From positions 1 to 40,910 of the forward strand of contig JAYVCD010000088.1 in the NCBI GenBank assembly GCA_043750125.1: a stretch of 40,910 nucleotides of DNA, in the 5' to 3' direction. Both the position numbers and the translations under genes were made by a program. The DNA is from Archangiaceae bacterium. Lineage in GTDB: Bacteria; Myxococcota; Myxococcia; Myxococcales; Myxococcaceae. Positions 17,695-26,423 of the stretch are shown here, piece after piece; positions within the stretch are counted from its first letter, which is position 1; every line of letters begins with the position of its first letter. The notes beneath the pieces are model-generated. The model was not told the origin of the DNA and ran no database searches. It worked only from the letters and a program-made list of their open reading frames with translations.

Positions 17695-18252
17695 GTGAAA
17701 ACGCTCTTCCTACTGCTGGCGGTCGGTCTGGGCGGCGCTGGCGCCTACTTCGGGACGATGGCGAAAAGTTCGTATTCGCCCTACTCGGCAGAGCAGCTGC
17801 AAGTGCTGCTCGAGGGCTTCGGGGAAATCAGACGCCCGACGGAAAACCAGCTGTTCTCGCGTGATCTGCTGTTGGCCGAGATGCAGCGGCGCACCGTTTT
17901 CCCGGTGCTGGTTGCCAGTGCCGCCCTCGCGGCGATTGGCGCCTACCTGTCGCGAGCGACCCGAGGGAGCCATGACGGCGCCAACACCGAGGAAGGCGCC
18001 CGGTTCTCGGCCTCAGTCGGCAACCCGTCGGTGGTCCTCGAAGGCGCGCGCAACAAGGCCGCTGCTCTGCTGGGAGTGACGCTGACTGCGCCCTCGGTGG
18101 TGATCGAGGCGGCGCTCGCGGCTCAGCTCGAGAGCCGCAATTCAGATCGGCTGATGGGGATCGCTCCGGATCTCAAAGCGATGGTGCTCGCGCAGCGTGA
18201 GGCGCTGATCAAAGCGCGAGACCTGCTGATCAACGGCGTGACGCGGGATTAG
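17695..18252 (+). CDS. Membrane protein with C-terminal degenerate J-like domain
   Basis: Two hydrophobic segments; AALLGVTLTAPSVVIEAAL...NSDRLMGIAPDLKAM..QREALIKARDLL parallels the DjlA-type J-domain pattern but lacks HPD. Confidence 0.55.
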   Translation: MKTLFLLLAVGLGGAGAYFGTMAKSSYSPYSAEQLQVLLEGFGEIRRPTENQLFSRDLLLAEMQRRTVFPVLVASAALAAIGAYLSRATRGSHDGANTEEGARFSASVGNPSVVLEGARNKAAALLGVTLTAPSVVIEAALAAQLESRNSDRLMGIAPDLKAMVLAQREALIKARDLLINGVTRD

Positions 18253-18274
18253 CGCAGGCGCTCGAGTCACCCAT

Positions 18275-18341
18275 TCGACAGACGGGCACTGCAGTGCCAG
18301 TTGGCTGGCCATCAAGCCGAGTTTTCGGCAACGCTTCGATC
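18275..18341 (+). repeat. Dispersed intergenic structured repeat, copy 2
   Basis: TCGACAGACGGGCACTGCAGTGCCAGTTGGCTGGCCATCAAGCCGAGTTTTCGGCAACGC; contains the perfect 14-bp palindrome GGCACTGCAGTGCC (18285-18298). Confidence 0.9.
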
Positions 18342-18419
18342 ACCCTCGCCGTCCAGTTGACAGGCCAGGCTCGCTAGCCCCGTCGACATCGCTGATGGTA
18401 CCGACGATAGCGGACAGCT

Positions 18420-19142
18420 CAAAGGTGTGGCCTGCGCCGAGCACCATCGGAGTTCTCTTGAAGAAGTACGGCCTGGTGCGGCCGAAGAAACGACGGATTC
18501 GCGTTCCTCCATTCGCCTCGCCTTTGGCCCCGTGTGAAGAGCCCAACGACGTCTGGTGCCTCGACTTCAAGGGCCACTTCGGGCTTGGGAATGCGGCGCG
18601 TTGCTACCCGCTCACCATGACGGATGGTGCTTCCCGGTACCTCTTACTGTGTGAGGGCTTGCCTCATTGCAGGGAACAACTTGTCCGGCACCACCTCGAG
18701 CTGACCTTCCGACCTTCCGGGAATTCGGTCTCCCGACGCGTATTCGCTCTGACAATGGGCCCCCGTTCGCCAGCGTGGCACCGGGCGGACTCTCAGCACT
18801 CTCAGTGTGGTGGATAAAGCTGGGCATCCTTCCCGAACGGATTGAGCCCGGGCACCCCGAGCAGAATGGACGGCACGAGCGGATGCATCGGACCTTGAAG
18901 GCCGAAGCAACGAAGCCCTCCTCAGACAGCTTCACTGCGCAGCAGCGTCGGTTTGACCTTTTCCGTCGCGAGTACAACGACGTGCGGCCGCACGAAGCTT
19001 TGGGTCAAGTGCCTCCAGCCAAACTCTACGAGCCGTCTCCTCGGACCTACCCCAGCGAGCTCGCCCCGCCCGAGTACAAGCAGGGGGTGGTGCGTTGGGC
19101 ATGCAAAGGGTTTAAATTGTTACCTAGGCACCCGGCCGCACA
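18420..19142 (+). mobile_element. IS481-family insertion sequence remnant (5'-truncated, frameshifted transposase, right end retained)
   Basis: WPAPSTIG, PNDVWCLDFKG, IRSDNGPPF, PGHPEQNGRHERMHRTLK, YNDVRPHEALG (DDE integrase core); 8-bp duplication frameshift at 18703-18718; end-like TGTTACCTAGGCACCCGGCCGCACA at 19118-19142. Confidence 0.85.
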
Positions 19143-19190
19143 CATCGCAGTGCCTGTCGGCCGGCATCAATGCCGAGTTTCTGGCAACGC
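19143..19190 (+). repeat. Dispersed intergenic structured repeat, copy 3 (5'-clipped, abuts IS end)
   Basis: CATCGCAGTGCCTGTCGGCCGGCATCAATGCCGAGTTTCTGGCAACGC. Confidence 0.85.
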
Positions 19191-19202
19191 TCTCGACCAG
19201 AG

Positions 19203-20456
19203 TTACTCGGCTTCGAGCAACGTCACCCGGCAGTCGTAGGTGGGGTTGGTGAGGTCGACGATGTCGAGCTCGCCTGTCATCTCGTCGAAGCGCCCCGACA
19301 TCCCCGGCATCCGGACGCCGAGCTGCCGCACCGGTCCGCCCGTTCCCGGCGGCGTGGCGTTGCCAATACTCGAGAGCAGGCTCAACGCCGCCATGGTCAT
19401 CATTCCCAGTGCCACGCGGCCCGTCATCTCTTTGGCCTTGAGCTTTCGGCGGTACTGAATGATTCCGTCGAACCGCCAGAGGCTGCGCAGCGCGTGGGGG
19501 GTGCCTGCATCGAGAGAGAACGCGAGCCCGACGTGCCGCGCGCGCTCGGTGACCCAGGCGTCGAACGGCTTGAGTCCACTGGGCCGAACAAGATTGGCGC
19601 TGGCGAACGCACCCGACGACTGCTGTCGAATCTCCACCAGCGCATACAGCTCGAGGCCGGCCCGGCCGTCGGCGAACTCCTGAAGCCGCGCTCCGGCAGC
19701 GAGGAAGCTGGCCATCGCCATCGCATCGGTTCCGCCCTTCCCTGCCGCCTCTGCGATCGCCGACGGCTTCTCGACCTTTTCCAGCCGGCCCTCGGGTTCG
19801 GCGTAGGGAGCGCCGGTCTTGGCGTACCGCACGGCGCCGGCGCCCCAGCTCTCGAGCACCGCACCGAGGACGGCCTTCGCTGAATCGGTGTCGATGAACT
19901 TCGGCACGTCGTCCGTCGCGGCGCGCAGCTCGGCGCCAAGCTGGCCGTAGGCGGGCTCCAGCAGGCCGCCGCGCACCCGCGATGCCGCGAGATCCCTGCC
20001 GAGCCAGTCGCCGACGCGGGCCGAGACGCGTTCTTGTTCTTCGGTGAGCAGGTTGGCGGCGCGGGGCATGTCTTCGGGGTGCCACGTGCGGCCGCGCGGC
20101 GCCTCTTCGGTTCCAGTGCTGGGCAAGACCGTCAGCCCTTCAGGCAAGTTCGTCACGTCAATCGCGCGCGGAGCATCGACCTGCTCGCGGGTGGGAGCCG
20201 CTACCACCGGAGCAACCGGCCGAGACTTCTTCGCAGCAGGGATCGCCGGCGCCCGCGATGAATCCTTCAGAGGCGTCGGGGGAGTGTGCGCCGGCTGCGG
20301 AGGCGTCGCGTCGATCCACACCAGCGGCGATTGCTCGACGGGCTCGATCCGCCAGGGCTGGGCAGTTACACCCGCTTGCAGCGCGAGGAGCACGCCGACG
20401 TGCAGCGCGAGCGACACGCCGAGTGTGATGAGCCTCCTCGATCTCCAGCGTGCCAT
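19203..20456 (-). CDS. Hypothetical TonB/TolA-like membrane-anchored protein
   Basis: N-terminal TM with SLALH motif; Pro-rich linker; later segment LVEIRQQSSGAFASANLVRPSGLKPFD resembles the TonB C-terminal pattern. Confidence 0.6.
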   Translation of the reverse strand: MARWRSRRLITLGVSLALHVGVLLALQAGVTAQPWRIEPVEQSPLVWIDATPPQPAHTPPTPLKDSSRAPAIPAAKKSRPVAPVVAAPTREQVDAPRAIDVTNLPEGLTVLPSTGTEEAPRGRTWHPEDMPRAANLLTEEQERVSARVGDWLGRDLAASRVRGGLLEPAYGQLGAELRAATDDVPKFIDTDSAKAVLGAVLESWGAGAVRYAKTGAPYAEPEGRLEKVEKPSAIAEAAGKGGTDAMAMASFLAAGARLQEFADGRAGLELYALVEIRQQSSGAFASANLVRPSGLKPFDAWVTERARHVGLAFSLDAGTPHALRSLWRFDGIIQYRRKLKAKEMTGRVALGMMTMAALSLLSSIGNATPPGTGGPVRQLGVRMPGMSGRFDEMTGELDIVDLTNPTYDCRVTLLEAE

Positions 20457-20526
20457 GGCGGCCTCGCGGTACGGCCCGACGGGACTCCAATTTCACCAGG
20501 CGCAATCGCGTGGGTAGCGTGGAACC

Positions 20527-20580
20527 GGCACTGCAGTGCCAGTTGGCTGGCCATCAATGCCGACTTTCTGGCAACGCTCG
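20527..20580 (+). repeat. Dispersed intergenic structured repeat, copy 4
   Basis: GGCACTGCAGTGCCAGTTGGCTGGCCATCAATGCCGACTTTCTGGCAACGCTCG. Confidence 0.9.
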
Positions 20581-20598
20581 GTCGCCTGAAAAGAAAAC

Positions 20599-22200
20599 TC
20601 AGTTCCGGTCGACCTTGAAGCGCCGGGTCACGTCGGAAAGCGCGGCGACCGCGGACTTGAGGTCGTGCGCAATCTTCGTGCTCCGGCCGGTCGCGTCGAC
20701 CCCCTGCTTCACCAGGTCGGCGACGTTTCGAGCGCCCTGCACCGCCTGCTCGGAGCTCTGTTTTTGCTGCCGGGTGGCGATCGCGATCTGCTGGGCGGCT
20801 TCCTTCGTCCCCCGGGACAGCTCGACGATTTGCTGGAACACCGCCGACGCTTTCTCGGCGACGGCGACTCCCCGGTCGCTGGCGCCCACCCCTTCCCTCG
20901 CCTTCAACACCGCCTGGTCTCCCGACGCCTGGACGCTCTCGACCAGCCGGCCGATGTCGCGCGCTGAGACCGCGACGCTCTCGGCCAGCTTGCGCATCTC
21001 GGCCGCCACCAGTGAAAAGCCCCGCCCGACTTCGCCCGCCTTGGTTCCCTCGAGCGCGGCGTTGAGCGCGAGCAGGTCGGACCTGTCGGCGACCTGTTTG
21101 ATCACCTGGGCGATGCGCGAGACCTGCTGAAGATCCTGATTGAGCCGACCGATCGCCTCGGCGGCCTCTTTGGATTCGCGCCGGATCTCGGTGATTCCCC
21201 CGACCATCTCGTTGACCACCGCGCGGGCCTCGTCGACCGCTCCGCTGGTGCGGACCGCCGCCTGCTCGACCGTGTCGGTGCTGGCCTGAATCATCTCTGC
21301 CGTGCGCGAGAGCTCTTCGAAGGTCGCCGCGATTTCCTGGGCGTACGCCGACTGCTGACTGGTGACGTGTTCCTGGTCTCCGGAAGCGGCGATCAGACCC
21401 TGGGCGGCGCCGCCGAGGCGATCAGTCAAAGACACCATCTGCTTCACCAGCACCTTCAAGCTGGTCAGCATCTCGTTGACCGACTCGGCCATGCTGCGCA
21501 CTTCCCCGCTGCCCTGGACATTGAGCGCCTCGCCGCTCACGTCTCCACTGGCCACCGTTCGCGCCACCCGGGTGACGACGCCAATCGGCCCGGCCAGCGC
21601 GCCCGAGAAGAGAAAGGCCAGCGCCAGGCCACCGAGCACGGTCGCCAACAGCACCCAGACCCCCACCGCCTGGTTGCGCCGCTCGGACTCGATCAATTCG
21701 CGCAGCGACATCTGGGTGACGATCAGCGCTTCGTAGCCCTGGTCCTTCGCGGTGCAGCGCACCGTCATCGCGACCCCGCGCTCGATTTCGCACTGCCCGG
21801 AGGAAGCGACCTCATATTTCCCCGGCGGCAGGTCTCCGCGCACTTGCGTCTTGTCTCCCACTGCACTCACCGTGACGAAGCGCCGGCCTCCCTCGGTGAC
21901 GACCGTCTCGGGCGAGACCTCGAGCGCCCCGGCGTGATCGATGTTTCCTCCGGCGCGCACCCCGGCGAAGACCGCGTCGAGCTCGTCGTTCCCGGCGAGC
22001 TTGTCGTGGATCAACCGCATCGTGGGAGCCGCGTTCGCGACCGCCAGCAAGCCCACGCTTCGAGCCTGCCGCTCGAGCGCCAGCCCGGCCTGCTCATTGA
22101 GCCGCAGCGGGAAGTACCAGGAAGTGAAGACGGCCACCGCGACGCACGGCAACAACACGGCAATGGCGGCTTGAACGCGAAGCGAAAGCTTCCCCCACAT
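20599..22200 (-). CDS. Methyl-accepting chemotaxis protein
   Basis: Two TM helices, HAMP ([17 protein letters not shown]...[12 protein letters not shown]), signalling hairpin [38 protein letters not shown]. Confidence 0.92.
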   Translation of the reverse strand: MWGKLSLRVQAAIAVLLPCVAVAVFTSWYFPLRLNEQAGLALERQARSVGLLAVANAAPTMRLIHDKLAGNDELDAVFAGVRAGGNIDHAGALEVSPETVVTEGGRRFVTVSAVGDKTQVRGDLPPGKYEVASSGQCEIERGVAMTVRCTAKDQGYEALIVTQMSLRELIESERRNQAVGVWVLLATVLGGLALAFLFSGALAGPIGVVTRVARTVASGDVSGEALNVQGSGEVRSMAESVNEMLTSLKVLVKQMVSLTDRLGGAAQGLIAASGDQEHVTSQQSAYAQEIAATFEELSRTAEMIQASTDTVEQAAVRTSGAVDEARAVVNEMVGGITEIRRESKEAAEAIGRLNQDLQQVSRIAQVIKQVADRSDLLALNAALEGTKAGEVGRGFSLVAAEMRKLAESVAVSARDIGRLVESVQASGDQAVLKAREGVGASDRGVAVAEKASAVFQQIVELSRGTKEAAQQIAIATRQQKQSSEQAVQGARNVADLVKQGVDATGRSTKIAHDLKSAVAALSDVTRRFKVDRN

Positions 22201-22311
22201 CGTCGGTACACCTCAGTTGGAAGGCGGCGAAACCTAGCCGTTTCGTGGCAAGTTCGCGCCCTCAAACGCGGTTCGCACGAGGAGTTCAAGCCACCCGTGG
22301 CTCAGGAAAAC

Positions 22312-22878
22312 ATGTCCCTCACCGTCGGCGTCATCATGGGCAGCAGCTCGGATTGGGAGACGCTGCGCCACGCCTCCGAGACGCTCGACCGCTTCGGGGT
22401 CACCCACGAGGTGCGGGTGGTTTCGGCCCACCGCACCCCCGAAGCAATGGTGGCGTACGCTCAAGGGGCCCAGGGGCGCGGGCTGAAAGCGATCATCGCC
22501 GGAGCGGGAGGCGCCGCTCACCTTCCCGGAATGGTGGCCAGCCTCACCCCCCTGCCGGTGCTCGGAGTGCCGGTGCAGACCAAGGCGTTGTCGGGGGTGG
22601 ACAGCCTGTTGTCGATCGTTCAGATGCCCGCCGGAGTACCGACCGCCACGTTCGCGATTGGTCCCGCCGGAGCGACCAACGCCGCGCTGTTCGTCATCCG
22701 GATGCTGGCCTGGAACAACCCCGAGCTGCTGCGAAAGCTCGAGGCGTACCGGGCCGAGAATGCGCAGCGTTCGCTCCGCTCGACCGCCGAGCTGCGACCG
22801 GTCACCGAAGCGCCGATTCCAAGGCCGAAGGCGACGCCTGCAGTGCCGCGCAGGCGACGCGGCAAGATCGAGCGGTGA
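22312..22878 (+). CDS. purE: N5-carboxyaminoimidazole ribonucleotide mutase
   Basis: [56 protein letters not shown]. Confidence 0.96.
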   Translation: MSLTVGVIMGSSSDWETLRHASETLDRFGVTHEVRVVSAHRTPEAMVAYAQGAQGRGLKAIIAGAGGAAHLPGMVASLTPLPVLGVPVQTKALSGVDSLLSIVQMPAGVPTATFAIGPAGATNAALFVIRMLAWNNPELLRKLEAYRAENAQRSLRSTAELRPVTEAPIPRPKATPAVPRRRRGKIER

Positions 22879-24056
22879 AGCCCCGTTCGGTCGGCATTCT
22901 GGGAGGCGGCCAGCTGGGCGTAATGCTGGGCGAGTCGCTGCTCCACCTCAACTGCGAGGTGGTGGTGCTCGACCCGGACGTAGAGTCTCCGGCCCTGGCC
23001 CGGCTTCCGCACGTGCTGACCGCCGGCTACGACGACCCGGTGGCGCTGGCCGAATTGTTCGAGCGCTGCGACGGGGTGACCTTCGACTCGGAAAACATTC
23101 CGTTCGCGCCCTTGATCCCCCACGCCGCGAAGCTCACCCCTTCGCTGCAGGTGCTGGAAGTCAGTCAGGATCGGGGGAAAGAGAAGGCCTTTCTTGCAGC
23201 CCACGGCTTTCCTCACGTCGCTCACCGCCTCGTCCCCCCGGGCGAAGGGCTGGCTGCGGCGGCGCGGGCGTTCGGCTTTCCCTGCATCGCCAAGTCGGGG
23301 CTCGGCGGCTACGACGGGAAGGGCCAGTACCGACTGGACGGCGAAGCAGACCTTGAAGGGTTGCCCCAGGCTGCGCGGGGCGGCTGGGTCCTCGAAGAGC
23401 GCCTGAACCTCCACACCGAGCTGTCCTGCATCGTCGCGCGCGATGGCATCGGCGCCGAGCTGTGTTTTCCGGTCTTCGAGAACCTCCACACCGACCACAT
23501 CCTGGATTTGACGGTGGTCCCCGCGCGGGTGGCTCCGGCGCTCGAGGAAGAGGCGTGCAAAATCACGCTCGAGGTGGCCCGCGCGCTCGAGGTGGTCGGC
23601 CTGCTGACGGTCGAGTTCTTCTTTGGCGACGGGCGGGCGGGGAAGCGACGGCTCTACGTCAACGAGCTGGCTCCGCGGACCCACAACTCAGGCCACGTTA
23701 CCCGCCAGGCCTGCACCTTCAGCCAGTTCGACGCGCTCGCGCGGATTTTAAGCCACCTTCCGCTCGCGGCGCCCCGACTGCACCCCGGGGCGTGGTGCAT
23801 GGGCAACCTGCTGGGAGACGTTTGGCTTTCCCAGGGCCGAACCGGCGGGGCGCTGGACCTGGCGGCCTGGAAGCGGTTTCCCGATGTGGTCGATGTCTTC
23901 CTCTACGGAAAACACCAGGCCCGACCCAACCGGAAGATGGGCCACTTCGTCGTTCGGGCCGACGCGCCTGAGCGGGCGATGGAGCGGGCCCGGGCCTTCA
24001 GAGCAGCACTTACAGCCACCCCCGGTGTCGGACAGATTCCGAAACCGCACTTGTAA
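22875..24056 (+). CDS. purK: N5-carboxyaminoimidazole ribonucleotide synthase
   Basis: [56 protein letters not shown] overlap with purE. Confidence 0.95.
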   Translation: MKPRSVGILGGGQLGVMLGESLLHLNCEVVVLDPDVESPALARLPHVLTAGYDDPVALAELFERCDGVTFDSENIPFAPLIPHAAKLTPSLQVLEVSQDRGKEKAFLAAHGFPHVAHRLVPPGEGLAAAARAFGFPCIAKSGLGGYDGKGQYRLDGEADLEGLPQAARGGWVLEERLNLHTELSCIVARDGIGAELCFPVFENLHTDHILDLTVVPARVAPALEEEACKITLEVARALEVVGLLTVEFFFGDGRAGKRRLYVNELAPRTHNSGHVTRQACTFSQFDALARILSHLPLAAPRLHPGAWCMGNLLGDVWLSQGRTGGALDLAAWKRFPDVVDVFLYGKHQARPNRKMGHFVVRADAPERAMERARAFRAALTATPGVGQIPKPHL

Positions 24057-24104
24057 ACCCGACGGCAGTAAAGCGGCAGAGTGGCCACAGAGGTGTAAAC
24101 TGCG

Positions 24105-26411
24105 ATGTCTACCGTGTCGGACCCGCCATTCGTAAAACCCACGTCCGAGTTTGATCGCCGGACCCTCGGGAAGTACGAGCTGCTTTGTCGACTGTCGACA
24201 GGCGGAATGAGTGAGATTTTTCTCGCGACCCAGAAAGGTCTGGCGGGCTTTCGAAAAATCGTGGTCCTCAAATCGATTCTTCCGGACATCCGCGGGGAAG
24301 ACGAGTTCGTAAAGATGTTCCTCGAAGAGGCGCGAACCACCGCGGCCTTCAATCACCCCAACATCGCGCAGGTCTTCGACCTCGACACCGACAGCGGGAT
24401 GCTCTTCCTCGCGATGGAGTTCGTGCAGGGCGCCACGCTGGTCGAGATGGCCCGCGCCTGCCGCCAGGCAAAAGAGCCGATTCCCCTCGGCTTCACCCTC
24501 GCCTCGGTGCGCGACACCGCGCTCGCCCTTCACTACGCCCACACCTTCATCGACCCGCGCGGCCGCAAGCAGATCGTGATTCACCGCGACGTGGCCGAGA
24601 AGAACATCATGGTGAGCTACGACGGGACCACCAAGCTGCTCGACTTTGGAATTGCCAAGGCGCTCGGGCGACGCAGCGGCAGCCTCACTTCGATTGGAAT
24701 GGTCAAGGGCACCAGCGGCTACATGTCGCCCGAGCAGATTCGGGGTGAGCCGTTGGATCCCCGCAGCGACGTCTTCGCTCTCGGGGTCGTGCTTCATGAA
24801 TGCCTGACGGGAATGCGGCTGTTCCACGGGAAGAACGCCGAGGACGGAATGCTGGCCGCGCTGCGCGAAGACGTGCAGCCGCCCTCGCGCCTGAGCCCCG
24901 ATGTGCCGGCCGCGATCGACGCCGTCACCCTCAAAGCGCTGGCCCGCGATCGCGACCAGCGCTACGGCACCGCGCTCGAGCTGGCCCGGGCGATCGAAAA
25001 GGCCTGCCCCGGAGCGCTGTGGCACGCCGAGCAGTCCGGAGACCTGGTTCAGCGGTTCTACAACGAGCGTCGCCAGCAGACGCGCGACCTGATTGAGAAC
25101 GCGCAGCGGGGGCAGGAGCCCACCGGTGAGCTGCGGCTGGACAAGGTGTTCGCCGCGGTCGGCGGCCGGCCCCAGTCGAACATCGGCAAAGCGCCGACGC
25201 CTCCGGCGGGAAACCTGGTGCCTTTGCCGACTCCGCGGCGGGAAACAGCGCAGACGGTTCCGCTGCGTCCCGCGGGGCGAGACATCAAAACGGTTCCGGG
25301 GGTGGCGCAGCGGGTCTCGGGAGAAAAGCCGGTGCTGCCCAGTGACGAGACGACGGGCTCCGATGGGCGCTTGCCTGTCCCTTCGGCCAAAGAAGTCACC
25401 GAGCTGCACTTCGATGCGGACGAGCAGGCGGCGGCCTTCGACGACGAGGACTCGGCCAAGACCATTCCGGCCACCTCGCTGCCGGTCGCGCTGCTGGCCC
25501 AGCTGCGCGCCAACCGCGCCCGCGAGCCCGAGGCCGTTCCGGCGGCAGCGCACAGCCCGCTGACCGAACCGCAGCCTCCGGCGTTGCGGCATTCGAACGT
25601 GGTGCTCGCGGCCGTCTACGACCCTTCGACCGAAGGGGACACCACCACCTCGACCACCGGCCCGGTTCAGCCCAACTCCGACATCGTCGACGGGCCGGAC
25701 CTGGGGACGAAGACCGCGATTGATCGCCCCTTCGATACCCGCAGCGACGACGACCGGTTTGACGGCTCGACGAAGACCGGTTTCATCCTCCCGGGGGGCG
25801 GTCGGGGAAGGTTGATCCTGATCGGGCTGGCGCTGGCCGCGGTGGCGATCGGGGGCACGCTGTTCGCGCTGAAAGCGGGGCCCTTTGGCGAGCTGCCCTC
25901 GGGCCCTCAGCCCGCGAGCAAGCTTCCCGGAACCTTCCCCCATCGGGCCGAGACGCTGCCGGTGCCCGAACACCCCCACCCGGCCGAGCCGGTGCCCGTT
26001 CCGGGTCGGGTGGAGCCGCGAATTCCAACTGCGGATCCGTTGCCGACGGGCGCGGCAAAGAAAATCGAAGTGAAGCCCGAGCCTAGGCCAGACCCGAAGG
26101 CAGTCCGCAGACCGCTGCGCGAGCCGACCCGCGAGCCCGCTCGGGAAGTCGTGCGCGAGCCGGTCAAGCGCAAGCCTTCCGAGCCGAGGAACGAGACCCC
26201 GGTGCTGCTGGGCAGCGTCTCGCTGGTGGTGGAGCCTCCGGTGCACGTCTTCTTCGCTGGAAAGGATCTCGGAACGACGCCGCTGAAGGCCACGCTTCCG
26301 GTGGGAAAGCAGACCCTGAAGTTCGTTCCGTCCGAGGGTCCTTCGAAGACGGTCAGCGTAGAAGTCAAAGAAGCCGGCGGTGCAGCCCGCTTCGACCTCG
26401 AAGACCTGTAG
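24105..26411 (+). CDS. Membrane Hanks-type protein kinase with atypical catalytic loop (HRDVAEKN) and C-terminal PEGA-like domain
   Basis: LSTGGMSEIF, VVLK, HRDVAEKN, DFGIAK, GTSGYMSPEQ; TM LILIGLALAAVAIGGTLF; DLGTTPL..LPVGKQ. Confidence 0.9.
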   Translation: MSTVSDPPFVKPTSEFDRRTLGKYELLCRLSTGGMSEIFLATQKGLAGFRKIVVLKSILPDIRGEDEFVKMFLEEARTTAAFNHPNIAQVFDLDTDSGMLFLAMEFVQGATLVEMARACRQAKEPIPLGFTLASVRDTALALHYAHTFIDPRGRKQIVIHRDVAEKNIMVSYDGTTKLLDFGIAKALGRRSGSLTSIGMVKGTSGYMSPEQIRGEPLDPRSDVFALGVVLHECLTGMRLFHGKNAEDGMLAALREDVQPPSRLSPDVPAAIDAVTLKALARDRDQRYGTALELARAIEKACPGALWHAEQSGDLVQRFYNERRQQTRDLIENAQRGQEPTGELRLDKVFAAVGGRPQSNIGKAPTPPAGNLVPLPTPRRETAQTVPLRPAGRDIKTVPGVAQRVSGEKPVLPSDETTGSDGRLPVPSAKEVTELHFDADEQAAAFDDEDSAKTIPATSLPVALLAQLRANRAREPEAVPAAAHSPLTEPQPPALRHSNVVLAAVYDPSTEGDTTTSTTGPVQPNSDIVDGPDLGTKTAIDRPFDTRSDDDRFDGSTKTGFILPGGGRGRLILIGLALAAVAIGGTLFALKAGPFGELPSGPQPASKLPGTFPHRAETLPVPEHPHPAEPVPVPGRVEPRIPTADPLPTGAAKKIEVKPEPRPDPKAVRRPLREPTREPAREVVREPVKRKPSEPRNETPVLLGSVSLVVEPPVHVFFAGKDLGTTPLKATLPVGKQTLKFVPSEGPSKTVSVEVKEAGGAARFDLEDL

Positions 26412-26423
26412 CCGCGTCGTTCG

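Noticed and set aside
14580-20580. Dispersed repeat as a CRISPR array or integron attC series
   Set aside because: Spacing is 0.8-3.7 kb, there are no cas or intI genes in the window, and attC core-site ends are absent.
21367-22311. Long N-terminal extensions of PurE (ORF from 21367), PurK (from 22245) and RnpA (from 32497)
   Set aside because: They overlap the MCP, purE or rpmH genes; conserved motifs and RBS positions place the starts at 22312, 22875 and 32728.
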